This document shows positions 10,258-21,500 of a DNA stretch of 64,000 nt, in pieces. Position 1 is the stretch's first letter. Every line of letters begins with the position of its first letter. A program made the position numbers and the translations under genes. This stretch comes from an uncultured Bacteroides sp. (GTDB lineage: Bacteria; Bacteroidota; Bacteroidia; Bacteroidales; Bacteroidaceae): NCBI GenBank assembly GCA_949296575.1, contig CASFPE010000034.1, positions 116,062-180,061 on the forward strand, given 5' to 3'. The notes under the pieces are model-generated. The model was not told where the DNA came from. It ran no database searches and saw only the letters and a program-made list of their open reading frames with translations.

Positions 10258-10281
10258 CCTTGCAAAACGGCACTCGGAAAC

Positions 10282-11196
10282 ATGGAGAAATTTGAAGTCA
10301 ACATTTTAGGTTGCGGCTCTGCCCTGCCCACCACCAAGCATTTTCCCACCTCGCAAATCCTCAATATCCGGGAAAAACTCTACATGATCGATTGCGGCGA
10401 AGGGGCGCAATTGCAGATGCGCCGCTCCAAACTGAAGTTCTCACGCCTGAACCACATCTTCATATCCCACCTGCATGGCGACCATTGCTTCGGGTTGCCG
10501 GGGCTCATCTCCACCTTCGGCATGCTCAACCGCACGGCACAACTGCACATCCATGCCCACGCCGACCTAGAGCCGTTGCTCTCCGCGCAGTTGGATTACT
10601 TCTGCCAGCACTTGCCTTACCAAGTATGTTTCCATGCCATCGACCCGGCACGCAAAGACATCATCTACGAAGACCGCAGCATCACCGTGCAAACCATCCC
10701 TTTGCGCCACCGCATCCCCTGCTGCGGTTTCCTGTTTTCCGAGAAACCGCGCCCCAACCATCTCCTGCGCGAAATGATTGATTTCTACCAAATCCCCATC
10801 CACGAACTGAACAAGATAAAAGACGGCGCCGACTATGTGACGGCCGACGGGCAAACCATCCCCAACCATCGCCTGACGCGCCCCGCCGAACCTCCCCGGC
10901 GTTACGCTTACTGCTCGGACACCATCTTCAAAAAAGACATTGCGGAGCAGATACACGGCGTGGACCTTTTGTTCCACGAAGCCACATTTGCCGAATGCGA
11001 CTTGCCAAGAGCCAAAGAGACATTCCACACCACGGCACGACAAGCCGCGCAAATGGCGCAGATGGCCGAAGCGAAACAGCTGGTCATCGGCCACTTCTCT
11101 GCCCGCTACGACGACGAAAGCACGCTCTTGGAGGAAGCTTCTGAAATATTCCCGAAATGCAGATTGGCAAAAGAAAACCTTTGCATCGCAATTTAA
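10282..11196 (+). CDS. rnz: ribonuclease Z
   Basis: ORF trimmed to MEKFEVNILGCGSALPT. It has the metallo-beta-lactamase motif HLHGDHCFGLPGL and typical RNase Z length. Confidence 0.85.
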   Translation: MEKFEVNILGCGSALPTTKHFPTSQILNIREKLYMIDCGEGAQLQMRRSKLKFSRLNHIFISHLHGDHCFGLPGLISTFGMLNRTAQLHIHAHADLEPLLSAQLDYFCQHLPYQVCFHAIDPARKDIIYEDRSITVQTIPLRHRIPCCGFLFSEKPRPNHLLREMIDFYQIPIHELNKIKDGADYVTADGQTIPNHRLTRPAEPPRRYAYCSDTIFKKDIAEQIHGVDLLFHEATFAECDLPRAKETFHTTARQAAQMAQMAEAKQLVIGHFSARYDDESTLLEEASEIFPKCRLAKENLCIAI

Positions 11197-11308
11197 GCAA
11201 GTTTCACCATCCAAACGATTCCATCTCAAAAGAAACCGCTATCTTTGAAACGATGAAAAACATATGTGCAGACATTCATTTATTTATTCACTTAATAATT
11301 AAAAGCGT

Positions 11309-12709
11309 ATGAAAAAGTTTACACTGACTTTAATGGCAATGTTCCTGATGCTGGCAGGCACCACAGGATTTGCAGCCAACCAAGTGGCCACCACTTTTGA
11401 TGGCGAATGGACTCCTGCCCTCCCCACAAAAAATGTGCAGGAAGAAAGCACGCACACCGCACCCAACGGGACGGAATGGGTTATCTTTAACGGGAAACTG
11501 AACACGTACGGTGATGCAGCCAACCTGTATTTAGCCAAACAATCGGGATACATCATCCTCCCGAAAGTGGATTTCCCGGTAGGAAACATTGTAGTAACCA
11601 GTGGTGAAGGCAGCATTTCCTTCACGGCAGAAATCGGCCTTTTCATCGGGAAAGAAGAGAATGGAAGCATCACTTGGGAAGAAGAACCTGTGGACACCAA
11701 AGTGACTGCAGAAGCAGCTACGGACTATACCTTCCTCTTGTCGAACCAAGAAGCAGGCGTGCGCTACAAACTGGCCGCAACCAACAGCAAGAATGCCCAA
11801 GTGATGAGAATCACCATCAACGAAGCATCTGCAGACCCCTCCCTTTCATTCAGCGATGAAAGTGACGTAGTTTACGGCACAGGACTGAACGGCACGCAAA
11901 CAAAGGCCGTGAAAGTCGTGGCAGAAAACCTCAGCAGCGACATTGAAGTAGCCATCAGCGGCGACAACGCTGCCATGTTCGCAGCCGATGTGGCCACATT
12001 GCCTGCAGCAGGCGGCGACATAAACGTGACGTACACAGGCAGTGCAGCAGGCACAGCCAACGCAGTCCTCACCATCAGCAATGGCTCACTCACCAAGAGC
12101 CTGAACCTGACAGCCACCACAGTGGAAAGGGCAGGAACGGCTGCCGACCCCTTCAACTTGAGCGACGTAGTGGCATTGAACAACACTACGGAAGGCGAGT
12201 TTTGGGTGAAAGGCACTATCAAAGGCTGCGCCACACAGACAAGCGAGACGAACCTTTCAGGCATTGCTGAAGAAAACACAGCTTCAAACATCGCCTTGGG
12301 AGAAGACGGGCTTGAAGTGACTGTTCCCGTGGAACTGAAAAGCGGAAGCGACATCCGCACAGCTTTGAACCTTCAGGACAATCCCGGCAACTTGAACAAG
12401 GAAGTATACGTTTGCGGCAGCTTGGAACTGTACTTCGGGCGCACCGGCATCAAGAACCTTACGGCTTATTCATGGGAAGACCCCAGCTCCATCTCCACCG
12501 CAACGGCTGAGGGCGTTTCCATCTACGCTGCCGACGGCGTGGTTTACGTGACGGCACCGGCCGGCGAAAACATCACCGTGATGAACATCGCCGGGCAAAC
12601 AGTAGCCAACATCAAGGCCGATGGCGGAAAGACTGCCATCAGCAACCTGCCTGCCAACCAAATCCTGTTGGTGAAAGCAGGCAACCAAGTAGCAAAAGTG
12701 GTTCGCTAA
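11309..12709 (+). CDS. secreted protein with T9SS C-terminal sorting domain
   Basis: 466-aa ORF with a signal peptide (MKKFTLTLMAMFLMLAG...). The last ~80 aa (SIYAADGVVYVTAPAGENITVMNIAGQTV...LLVKAGNQVAKVV) resemble a type A Por/T9SS CTD. Confidence 0.7.
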   Translation: MKKFTLTLMAMFLMLAGTTGFAANQVATTFDGEWTPALPTKNVQEESTHTAPNGTEWVIFNGKLNTYGDAANLYLAKQSGYIILPKVDFPVGNIVVTSGEGSISFTAEIGLFIGKEENGSITWEEEPVDTKVTAEAATDYTFLLSNQEAGVRYKLAATNSKNAQVMRITINEASADPSLSFSDESDVVYGTGLNGTQTKAVKVVAENLSSDIEVAISGDNAAMFAADVATLPAAGGDINVTYTGSAAGTANAVLTISNGSLTKSLNLTATTVERAGTAADPFNLSDVVALNNTTEGEFWVKGTIKGCATQTSETNLSGIAEENTASNIALGEDGLEVTVPVELKSGSDIRTALNLQDNPGNLNKEVYVCGSLELYFGRTGIKNLTAYSWEDPSSISTATAEGVSIYAADGVVYVTAPAGENITVMNIAGQTVANIKADGGKTAISNLPANQILLVKAGNQVAKVVR

Positions 12710-12740
12710 AAGCACCACTTATATTGAAGTTCATACATAA

Positions 12741-12770
12741 GCCGGGGCAGTGACTGCCTCGGCTTTTTTT
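12741..12770 (+). terminator. rho-independent terminator
   Basis: GCCGGGGCAG tga CTGCCTCGGC hairpin (one G-U pair) followed by T7. Confidence 0.8.
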
Positions 12771-12805
12771 ATGTTTCTTTCTCTCTTTTTCAGATTTCAA
12801 ATCCC

Positions 12806-12813
12806 TAACTTTG
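12806..12813 (+). promoter_or_regulatory. Bacteroidetes-type -7 box (TAACTTTG)
   Basis: TAnnTTTG match upstream of the ECF sigma factor gene. Confidence 0.4.
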
Positions 12814-12880
12814 CCCGCATCATTGCCCGAAATTGCCTTTAACAGGGGAAAACACCTTTAAGAACGAAGAAGAAAACACC

Positions 12881-13432
12881 ATGGACGCTTACAACGAAAA
12901 AGAAGTCATACAGCTGCTCCACGACAAAGAACACCAGAAAGAAGCGTTCGCCTGCATCGTCAGGCAATACAGCGAACCTCTGTACTGGCAAATCCGAAGG
13001 ATGGTGCTGACGCATGACGACGCCAACGACCTCCTGCAAAACACCTTCATCAAGGCGTGGCTCAACATCGACTATTTCCGCGCCGAGGCCCGGATGTCCA
13101 CGTGGCTCTACCGCATCGCCCTCAACGAATGCCTCACCTTCCTGAAGAAAGAAGAAGGGCGGGCCACTGTTTCCATCGACGACCCTGAGGCCGACATCAC
13201 CCAACGGTTGGAAAGCGACCCTTACTTCTCCGGCAACCGGACACAAGTCCTGTTCCAACAAGCACTGGCAACGCTCCCGGAAAAGCAACGGATTGTCTTC
13301 AACCTGAAATACTTCCAAGAGATGACTTACGAGGAGATTGCCGACATCACCGGCACTTCCATCGGTGCATTGAAAGCCTCCTACCACCATGCCGTGAAGA
13401 AAATCGAAAACTTTTTGAGGGAACATGTTTAA
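12881..13432 (+). CDS. RNA polymerase ECF-type sigma-70 factor
   Basis: ORF trimmed to MDAYNEKE. Region 2 (DDANDLLQNTFIKAW...TWLYRIALN) and a region 4 HTH (YEEIADITGTSIGALKASYHHAVKKI) are present. Confidence 0.85.
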   Translation: MDAYNEKEVIQLLHDKEHQKEAFACIVRQYSEPLYWQIRRMVLTHDDANDLLQNTFIKAWLNIDYFRAEARMSTWLYRIALNECLTFLKKEEGRATVSIDDPEADITQRLESDPYFSGNRTQVLFQQALATLPEKQRIVFNLKYFQEMTYEEIADITGTSIGALKASYHHAVKKIENFLREHV

Positions 13433-13479
13433 ACCTTTTGCCTCCCCGGAAGTCTAAACAAACAGAAAGGAGAGAACAA

Positions 13480-13863
13480 ATGAAAGAGGAAGACCGCATC
13501 TTGAAAGAAATAGGCAAAGAGAATCCTTTCACTGTGCCTGAAAACTACTTCGACGATGCTTGCAAAGAAATCGTCGGAAGACTTCCTGAAAAAGAATTCC
13601 TGCCCGCCGAAACTCCCTCTGCATGGGAGAAAATACGCCCATGGCTCTACATGGCCGCCATGTTCGTGGCCATCCTGCTGCCCATACGCTTCATGATGGA
13701 ACGCACCTCCCCCGCAAGCGGCGAAGGCATCCCCGCAAACGAATACGGGGCCTTGTCCGTAGACGAATGCATCGACTACGCCATCCTGAACCAAGCCATC
13801 GCCATGGACGACTACAGTTTCTATGAATACATGGACGAAGAATATGAAGAAAACAACGATTAA
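13480..13863 (+). CDS. single-pass membrane protein, putative anti-sigma factor
   Basis: Lies immediately downstream of the ECF sigma gene. One TM helix (WLYMAAMFVAILLPIRFMM). Start chosen at MKEEDRIL. Confidence 0.5.
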   Translation: MKEEDRILKEIGKENPFTVPENYFDDACKEIVGRLPEKEFLPAETPSAWEKIRPWLYMAAMFVAILLPIRFMMERTSPASGEGIPANEYGALSVDECIDYAILNQAIAMDDYSFYEYMDEEYEENND

Positions 13864-13876
13864 CAAACGGCATGCC

Positions 13877-14329
13877 ATGAAAAAAACAAGCATCTTGCTG
13901 CTCACCGCCCTGCTGGCCGCAGGAAACGTCTGCGCACAGGGAAAAGACAACCAACGCCTCAGCAAAGAGGAATTCCGGGAAAAGCAAAAGACGTTCATCA
14001 CGCAACGGGCGGAACTCACCCCGGAAGAAGCCCAAAAGTTCTTCCCTCTGTTCTACGAACTGCAAGACAAAAAGAAGCTGCTCAACGACTCCGTGCGGTG
14101 GAACATCCGGCAGATCAAGCGGATGAAAGCCGTGCCGGCCGCACAATATGAGAAAGCGTTGGACCAAATGTACGACACGCGCATCCGCGCCGCACAGATG
14201 GACAAGGAATACTACCTCAAGTTCAAAAGCGTGCTGCCCGCGCAGAAAATCTACAAAGTGCAACGGGCGGAGATGTGCTTCAAGCGGGACATCGTGAAAG
14301 AGAAAATGGAGAAGGAGAAAAAAGACTGA
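13877..14329 (+). CDS. periplasmic helical protein (Spy/CpxP-like guess)
   Basis: Signal peptide MKKTSILLLTALLAAGNVCAQ followed by Lys/Glu-rich helical sequence. Third gene of the sigma cluster. Confidence 0.45.
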   Translation: MKKTSILLLTALLAAGNVCAQGKDNQRLSKEEFREKQKTFITQRAELTPEEAQKFFPLFYELQDKKKLLNDSVRWNIRQIKRMKAVPAAQYEKALDQMYDTRIRAAQMDKEYYLKFKSVLPAQKIYKVQRAEMCFKRDIVKEKMEKEKKD

Positions 14330-14355
14330 AGGAAAGGCAGAAACCTTTCCCAATG

Positions 14356-14393
14356 AAATGGCGGATTTTACCCAATAAAATCCGCCATTTTTT
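14356..14393 (+). terminator. rho-independent terminator
   Basis: 14-bp stem AAATGGCGGATTTT / AAAATCCGCCATTT with a 7-nt loop, running into a T-run. Confidence 0.75.
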
Positions 14394-14453
14394 CACGTAA
14401 AATTTCAATTTTTACTGCATAAAAAAAGAAGATTCATCAAATAAGGAGGCATT

Positions 14454-14641
14454 ATGAATACTTTGACTTACAAAGGCTACATCGGTTCGGTGTCTTTCAG
14501 CGAAAAAGACAATGTGTTTTTCGCTGAAAGATTTCCCCTGAAACACACAGCCGCATTGCCATTTTGGCCAAGCAGGCAGGAATATCCATCAATGCGTTCA
14601 TCAAGTCCGCAGTAGAAAAGCAAATCGCAACAATGTTGTAA
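14454..14641 (+). pseudogene. HicB-family antitoxin remnant (internally deleted, frame-shifted)
   Basis: The N-terminal frame reads MNTLTYKGYIGSVSFSEKDNVFF, then nonsense, and stops at 14615. A second frame reads ILAKQAGISINAFIKSAVEKQIATML* and ends at 14641. Both ends resemble HicB, and the middle of the gene is missing. Confidence 0.55.
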
Positions 14642-14761
14642 CAAAGCCACAGAATCTTGCGCACCGTGCAGGAAACAGTTCACAGAACATTCCGGAAAAG
14701 TTCAGCAACAATTGCATGAAAGTTCAGGAACTTTTCTGAAAACTTCATAGAACAATCCCCA

Positions 14762-14839
14762 AAAACGTTCCAAGGTTTCACGCAAAACCTTGGAACGTTT
14801 TGCATGAAACCTTGGAAGGATTTTCAAAAACCTTTGGAA
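14762..14839. repeat. cluster of four copies of an AAACCTTGGAA-core motif, including a perfect 17-bp-stem hairpin
   Basis: 14762..14778 pairs perfectly with 14785..14801 (loop CACGCA). Direct copies of AAACCTTGGAA lie at 14785 and 14807, with AAACCTTTGGAA at 14828. Confidence 0.8.
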
Positions 14840-14977
14840 GGATTTCCCAACCCCGCCCGCAAGCATAAAAAAACACTGCCAACGATGCAACAAAAACAAT
14901 AAACCGCCCACCCCGTCCGTTTGTAAAACGATAGGGAACACAGCACCAAAACCGTTCCCGCAGAAAAGGACAAACGT

Positions 14978-15562
14978 ATGATAGAATACATAAAAGGAAA
15001 CATCACGGAAATCACCCCCGCCACCGCCATCCTGGAATGCAACGGCATCGGCTACAGCATCAACATCTCGCTGAACACCTACACAGCCATACAGAATGCG
15101 GGCAGTTGCAGGCTCTACATCCATGAAGCCATCCGCGAGGACGCGCACATCCTCTACGGCTTTGCCGAGAAACAGGAAAGGGAACTGTTCCTGCTGCTCA
15201 TCACCGTGCCGGGAATCGGCGGAAACACCGCAAGAATGATTCTCTCCGCCCTGTCGCCCGACGAACTGTGCAGCGTCATCAGCGCGGGAAACACGAATGC
15301 CTTGAAAACCATCAAAGGCATCGGGCTGAAAACGGCACAGCGCATCATCGTGGACCTGAAAGACAAAATCGCCAACACGGGCGCGACCGGCGCCCTGGCA
15401 CCCACGCCTTTCAGCAACGAAATACAGGAAGAAGCCGTGGCAGCGCTCACCATGCTGGGCTTCAACGCCGCCGCATCGCAGAAAGCCACCACCGCCATCC
15501 TGAAGGAAAGCCCCGCGCTCACGGTGGAACAAGTCATCAAAGAAGCACTGAAAAGACTGTAA
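14978..15562 (+). CDS. ruvA: Holliday junction branch migration protein RuvA
   Basis: 194-aa ORF with MIEYIKG...GIGY N-terminus, the HhH motifs [12 protein letters not shown] and [15 protein letters not shown], and typical length. Confidence 0.9.
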   Translation: MIEYIKGNITEITPATAILECNGIGYSINISLNTYTAIQNAGSCRLYIHEAIREDAHILYGFAEKQERELFLLLITVPGIGGNTARMILSALSPDELCSVISAGNTNALKTIKGIGLKTAQRIIVDLKDKIANTGATGALAPTPFSNEIQEEAVAALTMLGFNAAASQKATTAILKESPALTVEQVIKEALKRL

Positions 15563-15589
15563 AAAAAGGAGCAAACGCCCGCCGAACCG

Positions 15590-18500
15590 ATGAAGCACCC
15601 GTTCCGACATATCGCATGCGCCTTCCTGGCCGCCGCCTGCCTCTGCACGGCAGGAAGCCTGCCTTCCCATGCAGGCGTCCCTGCGGAATACGCGACGGGA
15701 AACGCATCGCTTGCCGGGGAAGACTCCATCCCACCGCGATATTCGGTGCGAAAGACCGCGCCGGAAGTATTAGACGACTTGGAACAACCGCCCGCCGACT
15801 TGCGGGACCCCGAAAACATCAAGACGGAAGTAGAGTACAACGAAGAAAGCAACCTCTACATCATCGGCACAAAAGCGGGCGAGAACTACATCGACGTTCC
15901 CCTCTACCTCACGCCGGAAGAATACGCAGAATGGAGCATGAAGAAGTCGCTGCAAGACTTCTACCGGGCCAAGACCGCTGAACTATTCGCCACAGAAGGG
16001 AAAGAAAAGTTCAACTTTGCCGACATGAAGTTCGACATCGGCCCTGCCGAGAAGATATTCGGCCCGGGAGGCGTGCAGATAAAGACGCAAGGAAGCGCGG
16101 AACTCAGCATAGGAGGCAACATGCAGAACCTGCAAAACCCGTCGCTCCCTGCCCGGAGCCGGAAAACATTCAGCTTCGACTTCGACGAGAAAATCAACAT
16201 CAACGTGAACGGAAAAGTGGGCGACAAGGTGGACATGAACCTGAACTACAACACCGACGCCACGTTCGACTTCGACACACAAAAGATAAAACTGAAATAC
16301 GAAGGCAAGGAAGACGAAATCATCCAACTATTAGAGGCCGGAAACGTCAGCATGCCCACCAACAGTTCCCTCATACGCGGGGCCACCTCCCTGTTCGGCA
16401 TCCGCGCCGACTTGCAGTTCGGCAAGCTGAAGTTGCAGACCGTCGTGTCGCAACAAGAGTCGGAGTCGAAAACCGTCACCTCAAAAGGCGGGGCGCAGAC
16501 CACGGAGTACGAACTGACGGTGGACGACTACGACGAAAACCGCCACTTCTTCCTGGCGCACTATTTCCGCAACACCTACGACAACAACATGAGCCAGCTG
16601 CCCAACGTCATGTCGGGCATCACCATCGGGCGCATCGAAGTGTGGATCACCAACAAGCGGGGCAACTATGACAACCCGCGAAACATCGTCGCCTTCACCG
16701 ACCTGGGCGAACACGACGTGATAGGAAACAGCCAATGGCATCCGGGAAACGAAACGCTCCCCTGCAATGCCGCCAACGACTTGTACACAACCCTCAACTC
16801 CACCTACCCCGGCATCCGCAACGTGGAAAGCGTGACACCCACGTTAGACGGCGTGCTGGAAGCCGGCATGGATTATGAAAAAATAGAAAGCGCCCGCTTG
16901 CTCACTTCGTCGGAATACACATTGAATGAAAAATTAGGCTACATCTCGCTGAAGCAAACCTTGCAGCCGGACGAGGTGCTGGCCGTGGCCTTCGAATACA
17001 CCAAAGGGGGAAGGAGCTACCAAGTGGGAGAATTTGCCACCGACATCACCGACACGAAAAGCTGCCTCGTGGTGAAGCTGCTGAAAAACACATCCAACTC
17101 CCCGTCATCCGCAAGCTGGGACCTGATGATGAAAAACGTGTACTCGCTGAACGCCTACCAGATACAAAAGGAAGATTTCCGCATGGACATCCTCTACCAA
17201 AGCGACACGACGGGCGTCTACATCAACTACATCCCGGAAGGGAAAATAGCCAAGCAGCCCCTGATACGGGTGATGAACCTCGACCGCCTCGACAACAACA
17301 ACCAAAAGCAGCCGAACGGCTTCTTCGACTTTGTGGAGGGATACACCGTCACCGCGCAAAACGGGCGCATCTACTTCCCGGTGGTAGAACCCTTCGGAAG
17401 CCACCTGCGGAAGATGATTGGCGACGATGCCATTGCCGACAAGTATGTCTACCAGGAATTGTATGACTCCACCAAGACAGTGGCACAGCAAATTGCGGAG
17501 AAAAACAAGTTCAAGCTGAAAGGGGAATACAAAGCCTCGTCAGGCGCGGAAATACAATTAGGAGCCATGAACATCCCGGTCGGCTCCGTGCATGTCACGG
17601 CAGGCGGGCAAACACTGACCGAGAATGTGGACTACAGCGTGGACTACACGATGGGCGTGGTCACCATCCTCAACCAAAGCATCATCGATGCCGGCACTTC
17701 CATCAGCGTCAACCTGGAAAGCAACACCAATTACAGCATGCAACGGAAAACAATGGTGGGCATGAACTTCACCTACGACTTCACGAAAAACTTCCAAATC
17801 GGGGGAACCATCATGCACTTGAGCGAAAAACCGTTGACCAGCAAAGTGTCGATGGGCGACGAACCTATCGCCAACACATTGTGGGGGCTCAACACTTCTT
17901 GGAAAACCGAATCGCAATGGCTCACCAACATGCTTGACAAGCTGCCGCTCATCAACGCCACACAACCGTCGAACATCAGCTTCACTGCGGAGTTTGCCCA
18001 ACTCATCCCCGGGCATGCAAAAGGAATACAAGACAATGCTTCCTACATCGACGACTTTGAATCCACCAAAAACGGCATCGACATCCACCAGCCTTCCTAT
18101 TGGATGCTGGCAAGCACGCCGAGCGAGTTTGAAGAATCCAAGCTGAGCAACGACCTGAGATACGGGATGAACCGCGCATTGCTGAGTTGGTACAACATCG
18201 ACCCCCTGTTCACGCGGCGCAACTCCAACCTGACGCCCAGCCACATCAAGAACGACTTGGACCAACTGTCCAACCACTATGTCCGCGAAGTCTACGAAAG
18301 GGAACTCTACCCCAACAAGGACATTTCCAGTTCCATGATGGGTTCGTCCACGCTCACCGTGTTGAATCTCGCCTACTACCCGGACGAGCGCGGCCCGTAC
18401 AACTTGGATACGGACCTCACAAGCGATGGAAAGCTCAACAACCCCGAAAAACGCTGGGGAGGCATCATGAGGAAACTCGACACCAGCGACTTTGAAACGG

Positions 18501-21500
18501 CCAACATTGAGTACATCGAGTTCTGGATGCTGGATCCTTTCATCTACGAGTCCACGAGCGGCAAGCGGCGCGGCGGCTCGTTTGTCATCAACTTGGGCGA
18601 AGTGTCGGAGGACGTGCTGAAAGACGGCAAGAAATTCTACGAAAACGGCATTCCCGTGGACGGCGACATGAGCAAAGTGGACAGCACCGTGTGGGGCCGA
18701 ACGCCCAAAGAAAGAAGCATCGTCTATGCTTTCGACAACCAGAACCGAACCATACAAGACGTGGGATTGGACGGGTTAAGCTCCGCAGACGAACAGACAT
18801 TCAGTTCCTACCAAAACTATCTAAACAGCATACAAGCCGTGGTGTCGGCCGAAACATTCCAACAGTTCCAGAAAGACCCCGCCGCCGACGACTTCCACCA
18901 TTACCGGGGCAGCGACCTCGATGCACGCGAGGCATCCATCCTGGAACGCTACAAGTATTACACCGGCACGGAAGGGAACTCTCTTGCCTCCAGCGAACTG
19001 GCCGCCAAGACAACCCCTGACATAGAGGACATCAACCAAGACAACACGATGAACGAAACAGAAAAATACTACGAATATGTCATCGATTTGGACCCTGCCA
19101 AAATGCAGGTGGGCAGCAACTACATCAGCAATGTCCGCGAAGCATCCGTGAAACTGCGCAACGGCAGCACGGAGACGGTGAAATGGTACCAGTTCAAAGT
19201 GCCCATCAAATCCGGCCGGTCGGTCAACGGCATCAGCGACACCAAGTCCATCCGCTTCATGCGCATGTACCTCACCAACTTTGAAGAACCCACCGTGCTG
19301 CGTTTCGCCACCATGGAGTTGGTGCGCGGCGAGTGGAGAACCTACGAACAACCGCTGTCGGAAACGGCAGCATCGGGCGCCACCCTCGACGTGGCTGCCG
19401 TCAACTTGGAGGAAAACGGCGACAAAGAGCCGGTGAACTACGTCATCCCGCCCGGCATATCCCGTGTGCTCGACCCCAGCCAGCCGCAGTTGGTACAGGA
19501 AAACGAACAGTCCATGAGCCTGAAGGTGATGAACTTAGGCAGCGGCGATGCACGGGCTGTCTACAAAAACACAGCCATGGACATGCGGCAATACCGCCGC
19601 CTGAAAATGTTCGTGCATGCCGAACGTCTCGTGGGCGACATGGCTTTGGAAGATGACTACATCTCTGTGTTCGTCCGCTTGGGTTCTGACTACAAGAACA
19701 ATTACTATGAATATGAAATCCCGTTGAAGCTCACGCCGGAAGGGCAATACTCGGATGCCACGGGAAGGGAAGCCGTGTGGCCGGAAGAAAACATGCTGGA
19801 CTTGCCTTTCACCGTGCTGACCGACCTGAAGAAAGAGCGCAACACCGCCAAGAACCGGGGCGAAGCGGGCGTGAGCTATGCCGCCGTGTACAGTTCCTAC
19901 GACCCGGACAAACCGTCAAACAAAGTCAGCATCATCGGAAACCCCAGCCTGGCAGAGGTGAAAACCATCATGATTGGAATAAGGAACAACTCACGCGCCA
20001 CGCAGTCTGCCGAAATATGGGTGAACGAACTGCGCCTCACCGATTTCAATGAGGACGGCGGATGGGCAGCACAAAGCAACCTGAACGTGCAGTTGTCTGA
20101 CTTGGGCACCATCAATGTGGGAGGGCATGTGGAAACTGCCGGTTTCGGAGGATTGGAACAAAGCGTCAGCGAACGCCGCTTGGACAATTTCTACCAATAC
20201 AACATCACCACCAGCTTTGAATTGGGAAAACTGTTCCCCGCCAAAGCAAAAATCAGCGCGCCCATCTACTATTCTTTCTCCAAAGAAATCACAAGCCCGC
20301 TGTACAACCCTTTGGACCAAGACATCTTATTGGATGACGCCTTGGCAACATTCACCACCAAACACCAGAAGGATTCCTTGAAAAGCATCGCACAAGAAGT
20401 GTCTACCTACAAGAACTTCAGCCTCAGCAACGTGAGAATAGACATCACCAGCAAGACACCCATGCCCTACGACCCCTCCAACTTTACGTTCGGATACTCG
20501 TTCACCAAACTGCACAACCAAGGGAACACCACGGCTTGGGAAATAGACAACAACTGGAATGCCAACTTCGGGTATGCCTATGCACCGGCACTTCCTGCCT
20601 GGGAACCGTTCAAAAAGATAAAAGGAAAGTCCAAATGGCTGAAGATGTTCAAAGAGTTCGGCATCAACTATCTGCCCCAAAGCATTTCTTTCAACACTGA
20701 CATGACGCGCCACTACTATGAATACCAAATGCGCAATCTGGAAAACACATACGGCGCCGACATGGAAATACCTCTTTCCACCTCCAAGGATTTCTTGTGG
20801 AACCGCGACTTCTCCATCCGTTGGGACATCGTGAAAGCATTGAAGCTGAACTTCTCCTCTGCCACGCAGGCAGAGATTGAAGAACCCTACGGGGCGGTCA
20901 ACAAAAACATGTATCCCGATGAATACACGGCATGGAAAGACTCCGTGAAGCGAAGCCTCTTGTCGTTCGGACGGCCATTGGAATACCAGCAATCGTTCAG
21001 CGCCAACTTGCAATTGCCGTTGAACAAACTGCCGCTGCTCGACTGGGTAACAGCTGATGCCCAATTCTCCTCGTCCTATAATTGGGACAGAGGCGTGGAA
21101 TTAGACGACGGGAGTGCCATGAACACCATCACCAACCAACGCTCGTTTGACGTGAACGGGCGGTTCAACTTGGAATTGCTGTACAACAAGGTGCCGTTCC
21201 TCAAGGACACGAACAAGAAATTCGCCTCCAACCGCCGCAGCACCGTGAACAGCCGGGGACGCACCACCACGGCCAAGAAAAAGACGGTGAAGAAGTTCGA
21301 AAAGGAAATACAACTCTACCCCGACACGACCCTTGCCATCCCTCACAAATTAGGAAGCAAGAAGGTGAAGGTGTCCGCACTGACGCAAGAGGGGAAAAGA
21401 TACCCCGTGAAATACAAAGTGAAGGATGCCAACCAGATTCTGCTCACGAGCAACGACTCCATCAAAATAAAGCTTACTGTGCTGCCCGGGCCTAAGCCTG

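Noticed and set aside
14702-15670. 322-aa minus-strand ORF spanning the repeat cluster and ruvA
   Set aside because: It is a Gly/Arg/Phe-rich low-complexity frame antisense to ruvA and crosses an intergenic repeat region.
17558-18757. 399-aa minus-strand ORF, together with many other 60-250-aa ORFs on both strands inside 15590..22951
   Set aside because: All lie inside the sprA reading frame. They have Val/His/Arg/Gly-rich low-complexity translations typical of shadow frames in GC-rich coding DNA, and I recognise no motifs in them.
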